From assembly GCA_046296715.1 (NCBI GenBank), contig JBKBIN010000002.1:14011-78010 (forward strand): 64,000 nucleotides of DNA. Direction: 5' to 3'. Numbering within the stretch: position 1 is the stretch's first letter; the number at the start of each line of letters is the position of its first letter. This stretch comes from Candidatus Ratteibacteria bacterium (lineage in GTDB: Bacteria > Ratteibacteria > UBA8468 > B48-G9 > JAFGKM01). Shown one piece after another: positions 56,905 through 64,000 of this stretch. Under the pieces are notes generated by a model that saw only the letters and a program-made list of their open reading frames with translations, was not told the DNA's origin and did not search any database. The position numbers were made by a program, and so were the translations under genes.

Positions 56905-59900
56905 TTAAGAGGGAGATTTTCTATTCATAAGGAGATAAATAACAGGGACTAAAACCAAAGTGATAATCCATGATACTAAAAATCCACCAATTGCAGTTAT
57001 ACCAAAACCACGCCACATTTCTCCCCCTGTTCCTCTACCAAGAGCAAGAGGTAATATTCCAAAAATTGTTGATAAAGAAGTCATCATAATTGGTCTTAAT
57101 CTTGTTCTTCCACCCTCAATTATTGCCTCAACTAAATTTAATCCTCTTTTCCTTAAAGTATTTATATAGTCAACAAGAACAATAGCATTATTAACAACAA
57201 CTCCCATAAGCATTATCATTCCCATAAATGAGACAATTGAAAAATTAACTCCTGTTAAAAATGTAAACCATATAACTCCAATAAATGTAAATGGAATGGA
57301 GAAAAATATAATAAATGGTGTTTTAAATGATTCGTAAAGTCCAACCATAACCATATAAACAAGAATAATACCTAAAATTAAAAGAATTCTTAAATCAGCA
57401 AAACTTTCTCTCTGCTGTTTCACCATTCCACCAAATTTTATTTTTATATCAGATGGTATATTTAAATTCTTGATTTCCTCTTCTATGTCCTTAAAGACTT
57501 CACTCATTGCTCTTTGATAAGTATCACATCCAACTTTAATAATTCTTTCCCTATTTTTTCTATTTATCTCTATTGGACCTGTTGCAAGTTCAATTTCTGC
57601 AATATCTTTCAATTTAATTACTTTGCCCATCTGTGTAAAAATAGGTAACTGCCCAAAATTTTCAATATTATATCTCTGACTTTCTTCAAGTTGCATAAAA
57701 ATATCAAAATCTTCTCCAGTTTCCCTATATTTAGTTGGAGTAAAACCATAAATGTATCCTCTTATTGTTTGAGAAACTTGAGCAGTTGAAATACCAAGTG
57801 TTTTTGCCTTTTCTTTATCAATTTTAATATGAAATTCAAGACGCTCTCCTTTATATGATGTTTTTATATTAATTGCTCCAGGTATTTTTTTAATCCTTTC
57901 TTTTAAAATTTCTGCATAATGAATAAGTTTTTCAATATCAGAACTATAAAGTTCAATCTCTATTTGACTGGACGAGCCTGTAAAAATTGCTTCCATTCCA
58001 CTTCCAGTTGAAATAGTAAATCTTTCTATTCCAGGGATTTCTTTTATTCTTTTTCTTAAAATTTCAGCAATTTCTTTATCAGACCTTTTCCTTTCTTCTC
58101 TCCAAACAAGCATTGTTGAAACCTCTCCTGAATAAGGGCCTTCTTCTCTTCCCATTACAGCACTAAAACCAGTTCCAGATTCTCCTAAGTTTGCATACCA
58201 AAATCTTCTTTCAGGTATTTCTTTTTCAAAGATTTTACCAATTTTTTTTGCAATTTTATCTGTTTGTTCAATTCGTGAAGAAGGGTTTAATGCAAAACTT
58301 ACCTCTATTCTTCCCATATCATATTGAGGAAAAAATTCAGTTCCAATAAATTTAGTCAAAGAAAAGGAAAAAAGAAAAATTAAAGAAATAAAAGATAGAA
58401 ATTTACCAGGATTATCAAGGCAAAATTTGAGAATTTTAGAGTATATTTCATCAATTTTCTTAAGAAAATTTTCTCCCATTTTGTAAAACTTTGTTTGTGG
58501 TCTTTCTGTTGGTCTTATTAATTTTGAACAAAGCATAGGAACAAGTGTTAAAGCAATAACCATAGACATAAAAATTGTAGTAGTTATAATAAATGCAAGT
58601 TGTTTAAACATTATACCTATAAAACCTCTAATTAAAACCAATGGGAAAAATACAACAATTGTTGTTAAAGAAGAGGCAACTATCGCAGTTGCTATTTCTT
58701 CTGCTCCAAAAATACTTGCTTTTTTAATATCCTGGCCTTTTTCAAAATTTCTTACAATATTTTCAAGAATAACAATTGAATTATCAACAACCATCCCTAT
58801 TACAACAGTTAAACTCATTAAAGAAATAACATTTATGGTAAAACCACCAAGGTAAAGAAAAAGGAAAGCACATATTAATGAAAATGGAATTGAAGTCGCA
58901 ACAATCAAACTTAAATTTAACTTTCTTAAAAATAAAATCGTAATAAGTATAACAAGAATTCCAGCAGTAATAGCAGTATTGATAAGGTTTTTTATTGTTC
59001 TTATAATTATTTCAGAAGAATCAAAAACAATTTGAATGTCTATATCTTTCGGAATATAATTTTTGATTTCTTCTATTTTCTTTTTTATATTATTTGCAAC
59101 AATCACAGTATTTCTGCCTGACTGCTTCTGAACAACAAGAACAATTGCATCTTTCCCATTAAGATAACCTTTGGATTTCTCTTCTTCAAAATGGTCTTCA
59201 ATCTTAGCAATATCTTTCAAATAAATATTTTTACCTGAAACACTTAATATTAAAATATTATTTATTTCATCTGGATTTCTGAATCTTCCTGTAACCCTTA
59301 AAAAATAATTTCTTCTTCCTGTTTTTATCTCTCCAATTGGAAAATCAATATTTTCTTCTTTTAATCTTTGATATATTAACTCTATTGGAATTCCATATCC
59401 TTTTATTTTTTCCCAATCGAGATAAATTTTTATTTGTCTTTTAAGACCACCAAAAAGCATAACACTACCAACTCCCTCTGTTTTTTTTAATTGGTCTGAA
59501 ATCTGTTTATCTGTAATATAATAAAGGTCTTTCCATAATGAATCAGAAGAAACAGAAATTATAACAACAGGAGTCATTGCTGTTGAAAACTTAAAAATAA
59601 GTGGTTCTTCTGCATCAGGAGCATGTTGGTATATTTCGGTTTTTGCAAGGTCAACTTTATCTCTTATATCATTTGTTGCAGAATCAAGATTTTTACCCCA
59701 TTTAAATTTACAAGTTACAATTGAAATATTATCTTTTGAAATTGAATTTATTTCATCAAGATCTTCAACTGTAATAAGTTGGTCTTCAAGATATTTTGTA
59801 ATATCATTTTCAACATCAGAAGCACTCGCACCAGGATAAGGGACTATAACTGTTATAGCTGGCACTTCAATATTTGGCATTAAATCAATTGGAATTTTAG

Positions 59901-59988
59901 GGATTGTAATTAAAGATATTAACAAAATTGCTAAAAAAAACATCAAAATTGTATACGGTCTTCTTACTGAAATTTCTGGTAATGTCAT
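56905..59988 (-). CDS. RND efflux transporter permease (AcrB/HAE1-like)
   Basis: 1027 aa, 12-TM RND architecture. MTLPEISVRRPYTILMFFLAIL. Confidence 0.9.
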   Translation of the reverse strand: MTLPEISVRRPYTILMFFLAILLISLITIPKIPIDLMPNIEVPAITVIVPYPGASASDVENDITKYLEDQLITVEDLDEINSISKDNISIVTCKFKWGKNLDSATNDIRDKVDLAKTEIYQHAPDAEEPLIFKFSTAMTPVVIISVSSDSLWKDLYYITDKQISDQLKKTEGVGSVMLFGGLKRQIKIYLDWEKIKGYGIPIELIYQRLKEENIDFPIGEIKTGRRNYFLRVTGRFRNPDEINNILILSVSGKNIYLKDIAKIEDHFEEEKSKGYLNGKDAIVLVVQKQSGRNTVIVANNIKKKIEEIKNYIPKDIDIQIVFDSSEIIIRTIKNLINTAITAGILVILITILFLRKLNLSLIVATSIPFSLICAFLFLYLGGFTINVISLMSLTVVIGMVVDNSIVILENIVRNFEKGQDIKKASIFGAEEIATAIVASSLTTIVVFFPLVLIRGFIGIMFKQLAFIITTTIFMSMVIALTLVPMLCSKLIRPTERPQTKFYKMGENFLKKIDEIYSKILKFCLDNPGKFLSFISLIFLFSFSLTKFIGTEFFPQYDMGRIEVSFALNPSSRIEQTDKIAKKIGKIFEKEIPERRFWYANLGESGTGFSAVMGREEGPYSGEVSTMLVWREERKRSDKEIAEILRKRIKEIPGIERFTISTGSGMEAIFTGSSSQIEIELYSSDIEKLIHYAEILKERIKKIPGAINIKTSYKGERLEFHIKIDKEKAKTLGISTAQVSQTIRGYIYGFTPTKYRETGEDFDIFMQLEESQRYNIENFGQLPIFTQMGKVIKLKDIAEIELATGPIEINRKNRERIIKVGCDTYQRAMSEVFKDIEEEIKNLNIPSDIKIKFGGMVKQQRESFADLRILLILGIILVYMVMVGLYESFKTPFIIFFSIPFTFIGVIWFTFLTGVNFSIVSFMGMIMLMGVVVNNAIVLVDYINTLRKRGLNLVEAIIEGGRTRLRPIMMTSLSTIFGILPLALGRGTGGEMWRGFGITAIGGFLVSWIITLVLVPVIYLLMNRKSPS

Positions 59989-59990
59989 TT

Positions 59991-61106
59991 TTACTCCTTT
60001 ATTACTTTAACTTTTTTACCTGTATCAAGGATTCCTTGTGATGTAACTATTACTATATCATCTTTATTTAATCCATCTTTTATTTCTACATAATTTTCGC
60101 CAATCTTTCCAACTTTAATATAAACTTTTTCAGCAGAATTATCTTTTATCCTGAAACAATAATAATTTCCACTTGCTGGTAATTTCATAATTGCATCCAA
60201 AGGAACAATAAGTGCTTTTTTTTCTCCTGTTATAATTGTCCCTTTACAGAACATTCCTGGTTTTATAATAAATGAACTATTTTCAAGTATAACTTCTACA
60301 TTAACAGTTCTTGTCTTTTCATCAACAAATGGATAAATTCTTGAAACTTTGCCATAAAAAGCTTTATCTGGGAAACTTTCAGTCTTTATTAAAACACTCT
60401 GTCCTTTTTTAACCTTCCCAATATTTTCAGCAGAAATAGGCAAATTAACCTTAACTTTACTTATATCAATGATAGAAACAATTGGGACAGATCTCATCAT
60501 AGAACTTTCTGTTATAAACTCTCCTTCATCAACAAATTTTTCTGCAATAAATCCATTAATAGGAGAGTAAATGAATGCTTCATTTAATCTTATTTTTGTA
60601 AGTTCAAATTGTTTTTTAAGTGCTTCTACCTGATGAGAAACAACCTCATACTGTGTTTTTATATCGTCAAGTTTTTTTTCAGAAATTACTCCTTCTTTAA
60701 ATAGATTTGTAAACCTTTCGTAGTCCTTTTTTATATTTTCAAGATTTATCATTGCTGCTTTAAGTTGATTTTCTACATTTTCATAATCAATCTTTCTTTT
60801 TTTATAATCAATCTGGGCAATAAAATCACCCTTTTTAACATAGTCACCCTCTTTAACATTTAGTTTTTCAATAAGGCCGCTTACTTCTGAATAAATCACA
60901 ACTTTCTGATATGGCTCAATTTCACCTAATGCTTCAATTTCATCCTTCAAAATAACTTCCTGAACTTTTACAACTTCAACAGGAATTTCTTCCTCTACAA
61001 AAACTTCTTTTGCCTTTTCTTGATTTTTCTTTTTGTGTAATTGTAAGAAAACTATTGTTATAATTATAAAAACAACTATAAAACCAGTAATATTCTTTTT
61101 TTTCAT
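59991..61106 (-). CDS. RND efflux periplasmic adaptor (membrane fusion protein, HlyD/AcrA-like)
   Basis: Start moved to ATG 61104-61106, with SD GGAGG 6 nt upstream. This gives an ATGA overlap with the TolC-like stop. Coiled-coil and beta-barrel MFP domains. Confidence 0.8.
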   Translation of the reverse strand: MKKKNITGFIVVFIIITIVFLQLHKKKNQEKAKEVFVEEEIPVEVVKVQEVILKDEIEALGEIEPYQKVVIYSEVSGLIEKLNVKEGDYVKKGDFIAQIDYKKRKIDYENVENQLKAAMINLENIKKDYERFTNLFKEGVISEKKLDDIKTQYEVVSHQVEALKKQFELTKIRLNEAFIYSPINGFIAEKFVDEGEFITESSMMRSVPIVSIIDISKVKVNLPISAENIGKVKKGQSVLIKTESFPDKAFYGKVSRIYPFVDEKTRTVNVEVILENSSFIIKPGMFCKGTIITGEKKALIVPLDAIMKLPASGNYYCFRIKDNSAEKVYIKVGKIGENYVEIKDGLNKDDIVIVTSQGILDTGKKVKVIKE

Positions 61107-62398
61107 TTTTCCTCCAATTTTAAAATTCCACATGCTTTTTCAAGTTCAGCATAAGCAATTTTATATTCATAGAGAGCATTGTGAAAGTTGTTTTTTGCCT
61201 CTGTTAATGAGGTTATTGCATCAATTACATCTAATGTTGTTGACAATCCTTCCCTATAAAGAATTTCTGCAACTCTTAAATTTTCTTCTGCTACCTCTAT
61301 CTGTTTTTTACTTTCTTCTATTTTATCCTTACTTGCTATAAAGTTTAAATAAGCATTTTTTATTTCAATTTCTATTGAATTTTTTAAAAGTTTATATTGA
61401 TTTTCAATTTCCTCTTTTTCTTTTTCTGTCTTTTTTATTTTATCCTTTGTTTGTCCCCAGTTCCATATATCATAAGAAAGCAAAATTCCTGTATTCCAGT
61501 TTGTATCCCATTTTCCAAAAGATGCTTGTGTTCCTCTTTCTATATTGTAATTGAAGAAAAAATAAATTTGTGGATATAAATTACTTTTTTCAATCTCTAT
61601 GTTTTTCTGATAAATTGAAATAAGCTTCTGAAAACTTTTTATTTCTTTTCTTTCTTTGAGTCCTGTTTCAATCCACCATCTATAATCTTTTATATCTTCT
61701 TCTTTGATTTCAAGTATATCCTCAACTTCAAATTCATAATCAGGACTTCTGTTTAAAATAAAGTTTAGATTTGCTTTAGCAAGTTTTAAATAATTTTCAC
61801 TCTCTATAATTTTTGTCTCAACATTTTTTAAAGCAACTTCTGTTTTTAAAATATCAAGTTTTGTTACAATCCCTTGTTCAAATAACTTTTTTGCATCTAT
61901 TAGGTGTTTTTCAAGATTTTCTTTATATTTTTTGCTTGTTTCAACAAATCTTTTTGCTTTCAAAATATTAAAATAACCCTTTTTAACAGCCAATATTAAA
62001 TCTGATAGTTCTTTTTCATAATCAATCTCTGATTTTTCATAACTTTCTTTTGCGATTTGATATGCTTTTTCAATTTTTTTCCCTGTAAATAAAGGTTGTT
62101 TTAAAGTAAATGTAAAAGTATAAAGATTGTCTTCTGTAAATTTTATAGGACCAAATCCAACAAAATTTATTCCTTCATTATCTCCAAGATATGTATAGTT
62201 GAAAGAAAGGGATAAAGATGGTAAGAGATATTTTCTTACAATTTCTTTCTGATAAAATGACTGCTCTATTTTGTTTTTTGCAATTTTTATTTTCAAATTA
62301 TTCTCAATAGCAATTTTAACACAATCATCAAGTTTAAGTATCTCTTCTGTAAAAGAGAGAGAAAAAATAATCAAAAATATTATCAAAATTTTTTTCAT
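61103..62398 (-). CDS. TolC-like outer membrane efflux protein
   Basis: Signal peptide. Two repeated OEP helical/beta-barrel halves. 431 aa. Confidence 0.8.
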   Translation of the reverse strand: MKKILIIFLIIFSLSFTEEILKLDDCVKIAIENNLKIKIAKNKIEQSFYQKEIVRKYLLPSLSLSFNYTYLGDNEGINFVGFGPIKFTEDNLYTFTFTLKQPLFTGKKIEKAYQIAKESYEKSEIDYEKELSDLILAVKKGYFNILKAKRFVETSKKYKENLEKHLIDAKKLFEQGIVTKLDILKTEVALKNVETKIIESENYLKLAKANLNFILNRSPDYEFEVEDILEIKEEDIKDYRWWIETGLKERKEIKSFQKLISIYQKNIEIEKSNLYPQIYFFFNYNIERGTQASFGKWDTNWNTGILLSYDIWNWGQTKDKIKKTEKEKEEIENQYKLLKNSIEIEIKNAYLNFIASKDKIEESKKQIEVAEENLRVAEILYREGLSTTLDVIDAITSLTEAKNNFHNALYEYKIAYAELEKACGILKLEEK

Positions 62399-62967
62399 CT
62401 TTTTATCCCCTCTGTAAAAATTTTAAAAATTACATCTTTCTTTTTGGCAAGAGAATAACTTCTTCCATCTATTATCCATTTGTGGATATTCCCATGTAAT
62501 ATCCCTATCAGTGAATAAATTATGTCATCCAAATTAAGTCTTTTTATTTTGTACCTTTTTATCTCTTTTTTAAAACCCTTTTTCATAAAATCTCCCCATT
62601 TTTCAAAAAATTCCTTCCACAAATTTTCAAAACTTTTTCCTCTAATAAATGGCTTTTCCTGAAGTAGAATTTTGAAAAAATCATAATTTTTTTCAAAATA
62701 ATTAAGGTATATTTCAATTCCTTTTTTCAATCTTTCAAAAAAATCGTCTATATCATTGACTTCTTCTTTAATTTTTAACATAAGATTTTCAAACTCTTCC
62801 TTAATAATAGAGGAAAACAAATCACTTTTATCTTTAAAATAAAGATAAAAAGTCCCTTTCCCTATACCTGCTTTTTTTGTAATCTCATCAACCGTTGTCT
62901 TTGAATAACCTTTCTTACTTATCAATTTTTCAGCAACTTTTATAATTAGATATTTTTTGTTTTCCAT
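62395..62967 (-). CDS. TetR/AcrR family transcriptional regulator
   Basis: HTH TVDEITKKAGIGKGTFYLYFKDKSDLF. Confidence 0.85.
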   Translation of the reverse strand: MENKKYLIIKVAEKLISKKGYSKTTVDEITKKAGIGKGTFYLYFKDKSDLFSSIIKEEFENLMLKIKEEVNDIDDFFERLKKGIEIYLNYFEKNYDFFKILLQEKPFIRGKSFENLWKEFFEKWGDFMKKGFKKEIKRYKIKRLNLDDIIYSLIGILHGNIHKWIIDGRSYSLAKKKDVIFKIFTEGIKR

Positions 62968-62968
62968 T

Positions 62969-62986
62969 TGACTGACCAGTCAGTCA
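62969..62986. promoter_or_regulatory. Perfect palindromic operator TGACTGAC-ca-GTCAGTCA abutting the tetR start codon (likely TetR autoregulatory site)
   Basis: 8-bp inverted repeat with a 2-bp spacer, read directly. It sits 1 nt upstream of the tetR ATG. Confidence 0.5.
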
Positions 62987-63093
62987 TCATTTTATTTTAA
63001 AAATTTTATTTTGTCAAGTATTTTTTTAACCCTTGATATTTCTTTATTTCAAAAGATACAAACAGAAAACAAAAAGAAAAAATCTATCTTTAT

Positions 63094-63122
63094 TTGACAA
63101 AGAACAAATAATGATTTAAAAA
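63094..63122 (+). promoter_or_regulatory. Sigma70-like promoter TTGACA-17-TAAAAA upstream of lysine-rich sORFs
   Basis: TTGACA at 63094-63099, a 17-nt spacer, TAAAAA at 63117-63122, then AAAGGAGGTGA. Confidence 0.3.
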
Positions 63123-63147
63123 ATAAAAAAGAAAGGAGGTGAAAAAA

Positions 63148-63216
63148 GTGGCAAAAAAAGCAGCAAAAAAAACAGCAAAAAAGACAGCAAAAAAAAGTAG
63201 CAAAAAATGTAAATAA
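63148..63216 (+). CDS. Candidate sORF, 22 aa lysine-rich peptide (M/V)AKKAAKKTAKKTAKKSSKKCK
   Basis: Perfect SD AAAGGAGGTG 7 nt before GTG 63148. The SD motif is identical to the one used by the gene at 45081. The coding DNA is an imperfect 12-nt tandem repeat (GCAAAAAAARCA). Confidence 0.3.
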   Translation: MAKKAAKKTAKKTAKKSSKKCK

Positions 63217-63219
63217 AAA

Positions 63220-63294
63220 ATGAGAAGGAAAAAAAGAAAACTTAGATGGAGAAGTAAAAAAGCACTCCACAGAAAGAAACCTACAATGGGTTAA
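63220..63294 (+). CDS. Candidate sORF, 24 aa highly basic peptide MRRKKRKLRWRSKKALHRKKPTMG (same frame as the preceding sORF, separated by one TAA)
   Basis: ATG at 63220, in frame with sORF1. Overlaps the prs stop on the opposite strand by 4 nt. Confidence 0.2.
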   Translation: MRRKKRKLRWRSKKALHRKKPTMG

Positions 63295-64000
63295 ATAAAA
63301 AGTTTACTCACAGTTGTTTCAAGATGTATACTTTTAATTGCTTCTCCAAGTAATTCAGAGACAGAAAGAAGAGTAAATTTTTTCGGTAAAGAAGGATGGG
63401 GAATTGTATCAGTTATAATAATTTCTTTAAAAGGGGAATTTTCAATTTTTGCAATTGCATCTCCTGCTAAAACTGCATGTGTACAAGAACCATAAATTTC
63501 AGAAGCGCCATTTTTTAATAATGCATATCCTGCCTCAATTAAAGTATTCCCTGTTGAAATTAAATCATCCACAATAATAGCCTGGCAGTTTTTTACATCA
63601 CCTATAACATGTACCATTTCAACTTTATCAGGTGAATCCCTCCTTTTATCAACTATCGCTAAATTACCGGGTAATCTTTTTGCAAATGCTCTCGCCAACT
63701 TCACACTACCAACATCAGGTGCAACAATAACTGGATTTTTAAAATTTTTTTCTCTTAAATATTTTATTATTACAGGAGCAGCAAAAAGATGGTCAACAGG
63801 AATATCAAAAAAGCCCTGAATTTGTGGAGCATGAAGATCCATAGTTAGAATTCTATTTGCTCCTGCTGTTACAAGAAGATTTGCAACAAGTTTTGCTGTT
63901 ATAGGAACTCTTGGTTGATCTTTCCTATCCTGTCTTGCATAACCATAATAAGGAATTACTGCTGTGATTCTTCTTGGAGATGCTCTTCTTAAAGCATCAA
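63291..64000 (-). CDS. prs: Ribose-phosphate pyrophosphokinase (PRPP synthetase); partial, N-terminus beyond window end
   Basis: MDLHAPQIQGFFDIPVDHL and the upstream in-frame ...YYGYARQDRK... The frame is open to position 64000. Confidence 0.85.
   Translation of the reverse strand, partial: DALRRASPRRITAVIPYYGYARQDRKDQPRVPITAKLVANLLVTAGANRILTMDLHAPQIQGFFDIPVDHLFAAPVIIKYLREKNFKNPVIVAPDVGSVKLARAFAKRLPGNLAIVDKRRDSPDKVEMVHVIGDVKNCQAIIVDDLISTGNTLIEAGYALLKNGASEIYGSCTHAVLAGDAIAKIENSPFKEIIITDTIPHPSLPKKFTLLSVSELLGEAIKSIHLETTVSKLFI

Noticed and set aside
63049-63270. 73-aa minus-strand ORF MECFFTSPSKFSFF... between tetR and prs
   Set aside because: It is a poly-Phe/Cys translation of the antisense of an A-rich repeat. 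The plus strand here has a consensus promoter and a perfect SD, and the minus strand has neither.
1-64000. Searched for CRISPR arrays, tRNA/rRNA genes, transposases and prophage integrases
   Set aside because: I saw no regularly spaced direct repeats, no tRNA T-arm consensus (GGTTCGAATCC-like) and no IS or transposase-like ORFs. The only tandem repeats are the in-frame 21-nt repeat at 37854..37916 and the 12-nt A-rich repeat at 63151..63213. The only recombinase is a housekeeping-type XerC/D inside the hisB/membrane-protein/xer operon, with no flanking attachment-like repeats.

Overview
This window is an AT-rich (roughly 30% GC), densely coding bacterial chromosomal segment with about 65 protein genes. 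I found no rRNA, tRNA, CRISPR array or transposase. The gene content suggests an anaerobe, possibly from the PVC superphylum (Omnitrophota, Lentisphaerae or a relative). That guess rests on a DUF1559 prepilin-like H-X9-DG protein, a Cys-type formate dehydrogenase of the NuoE/NuoF-like type and several radical SAM enzymes.

Recognisable blocks, in order:
- 1..3504: a partial GAF/HD-GYP protein, a fused sugar-1-P nucleotidyltransferase/galactokinase-like enzyme, and a radical SAM protein.
- 3577..9736: two divergently arranged secreted proteins (CBM9-like and beta-propeller), then three tandem paralogous secreted DUF4139/MuiA-like genes.
- 9779..13485: MazG, an LpxL-like acyltransferase, then recR-ybaB-dnaX.
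- 13526..15897: two tandem paralogous beta-propeller proteins.
- 16061..20411: cstA, then pabC-pabB-rpiB.
- 20596..22721: a GH2 glycosidase and YjbQ.
- 22803..32528: a 10-gene molybdenum-cofactor plus formate dehydrogenase operon (moaA-fdhD-moaC-[MOSC-MogA fusion]-nuoE-like-nuoF-like-fdhA-mobA-moeA).
- 32546..35527: an FAD oxidoreductase and an SDR.
- 35528..40640: comM, a long non-coding gap, a solo Cas4-like PD-(D/E)XK Fe-S nuclease with an internal tandem repeat, an NSS transporter and a sugar-phosphate isomerase.
- 40712..44978: rsmI, a SurA_N-like protein, DUF1015, a MetE/UroD-like protein and thyX.
- 45081..49052: a Ni/Co ECF transporter locus (OMP, DUF4198, CbiM, NikL-like, CbiQ, CbiO).
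- 49082..55456: rpe, hisD, a frameshifted Gfo/Idh/MocA gene, rbsK, a DUF1559 pilin-like gene, hisB and a Xer recombinase.
- 55438..62986: a PagL-like lipid A deacylase, an RND efflux system (RND permease, membrane fusion protein, TolC-like) and its TetR regulator with a perfect palindromic operator.
- 63094..64000: two tiny lysine-rich sORFs behind a perfect Shine-Dalgarno, then a partial prs.

The items I would look at first:
- the triple DUF4139 array;
- the tandem propeller pair;
- the fused Moco/FDH cluster with Cys at the Sec position;
- the solo Cas4-like nuclease;
- the ATT-start LpxL overlapping recR;
- the A-run frameshift in the Gfo gene;
- a 14-nt hairpin element present twice;
- the lysine-rich sORFs.
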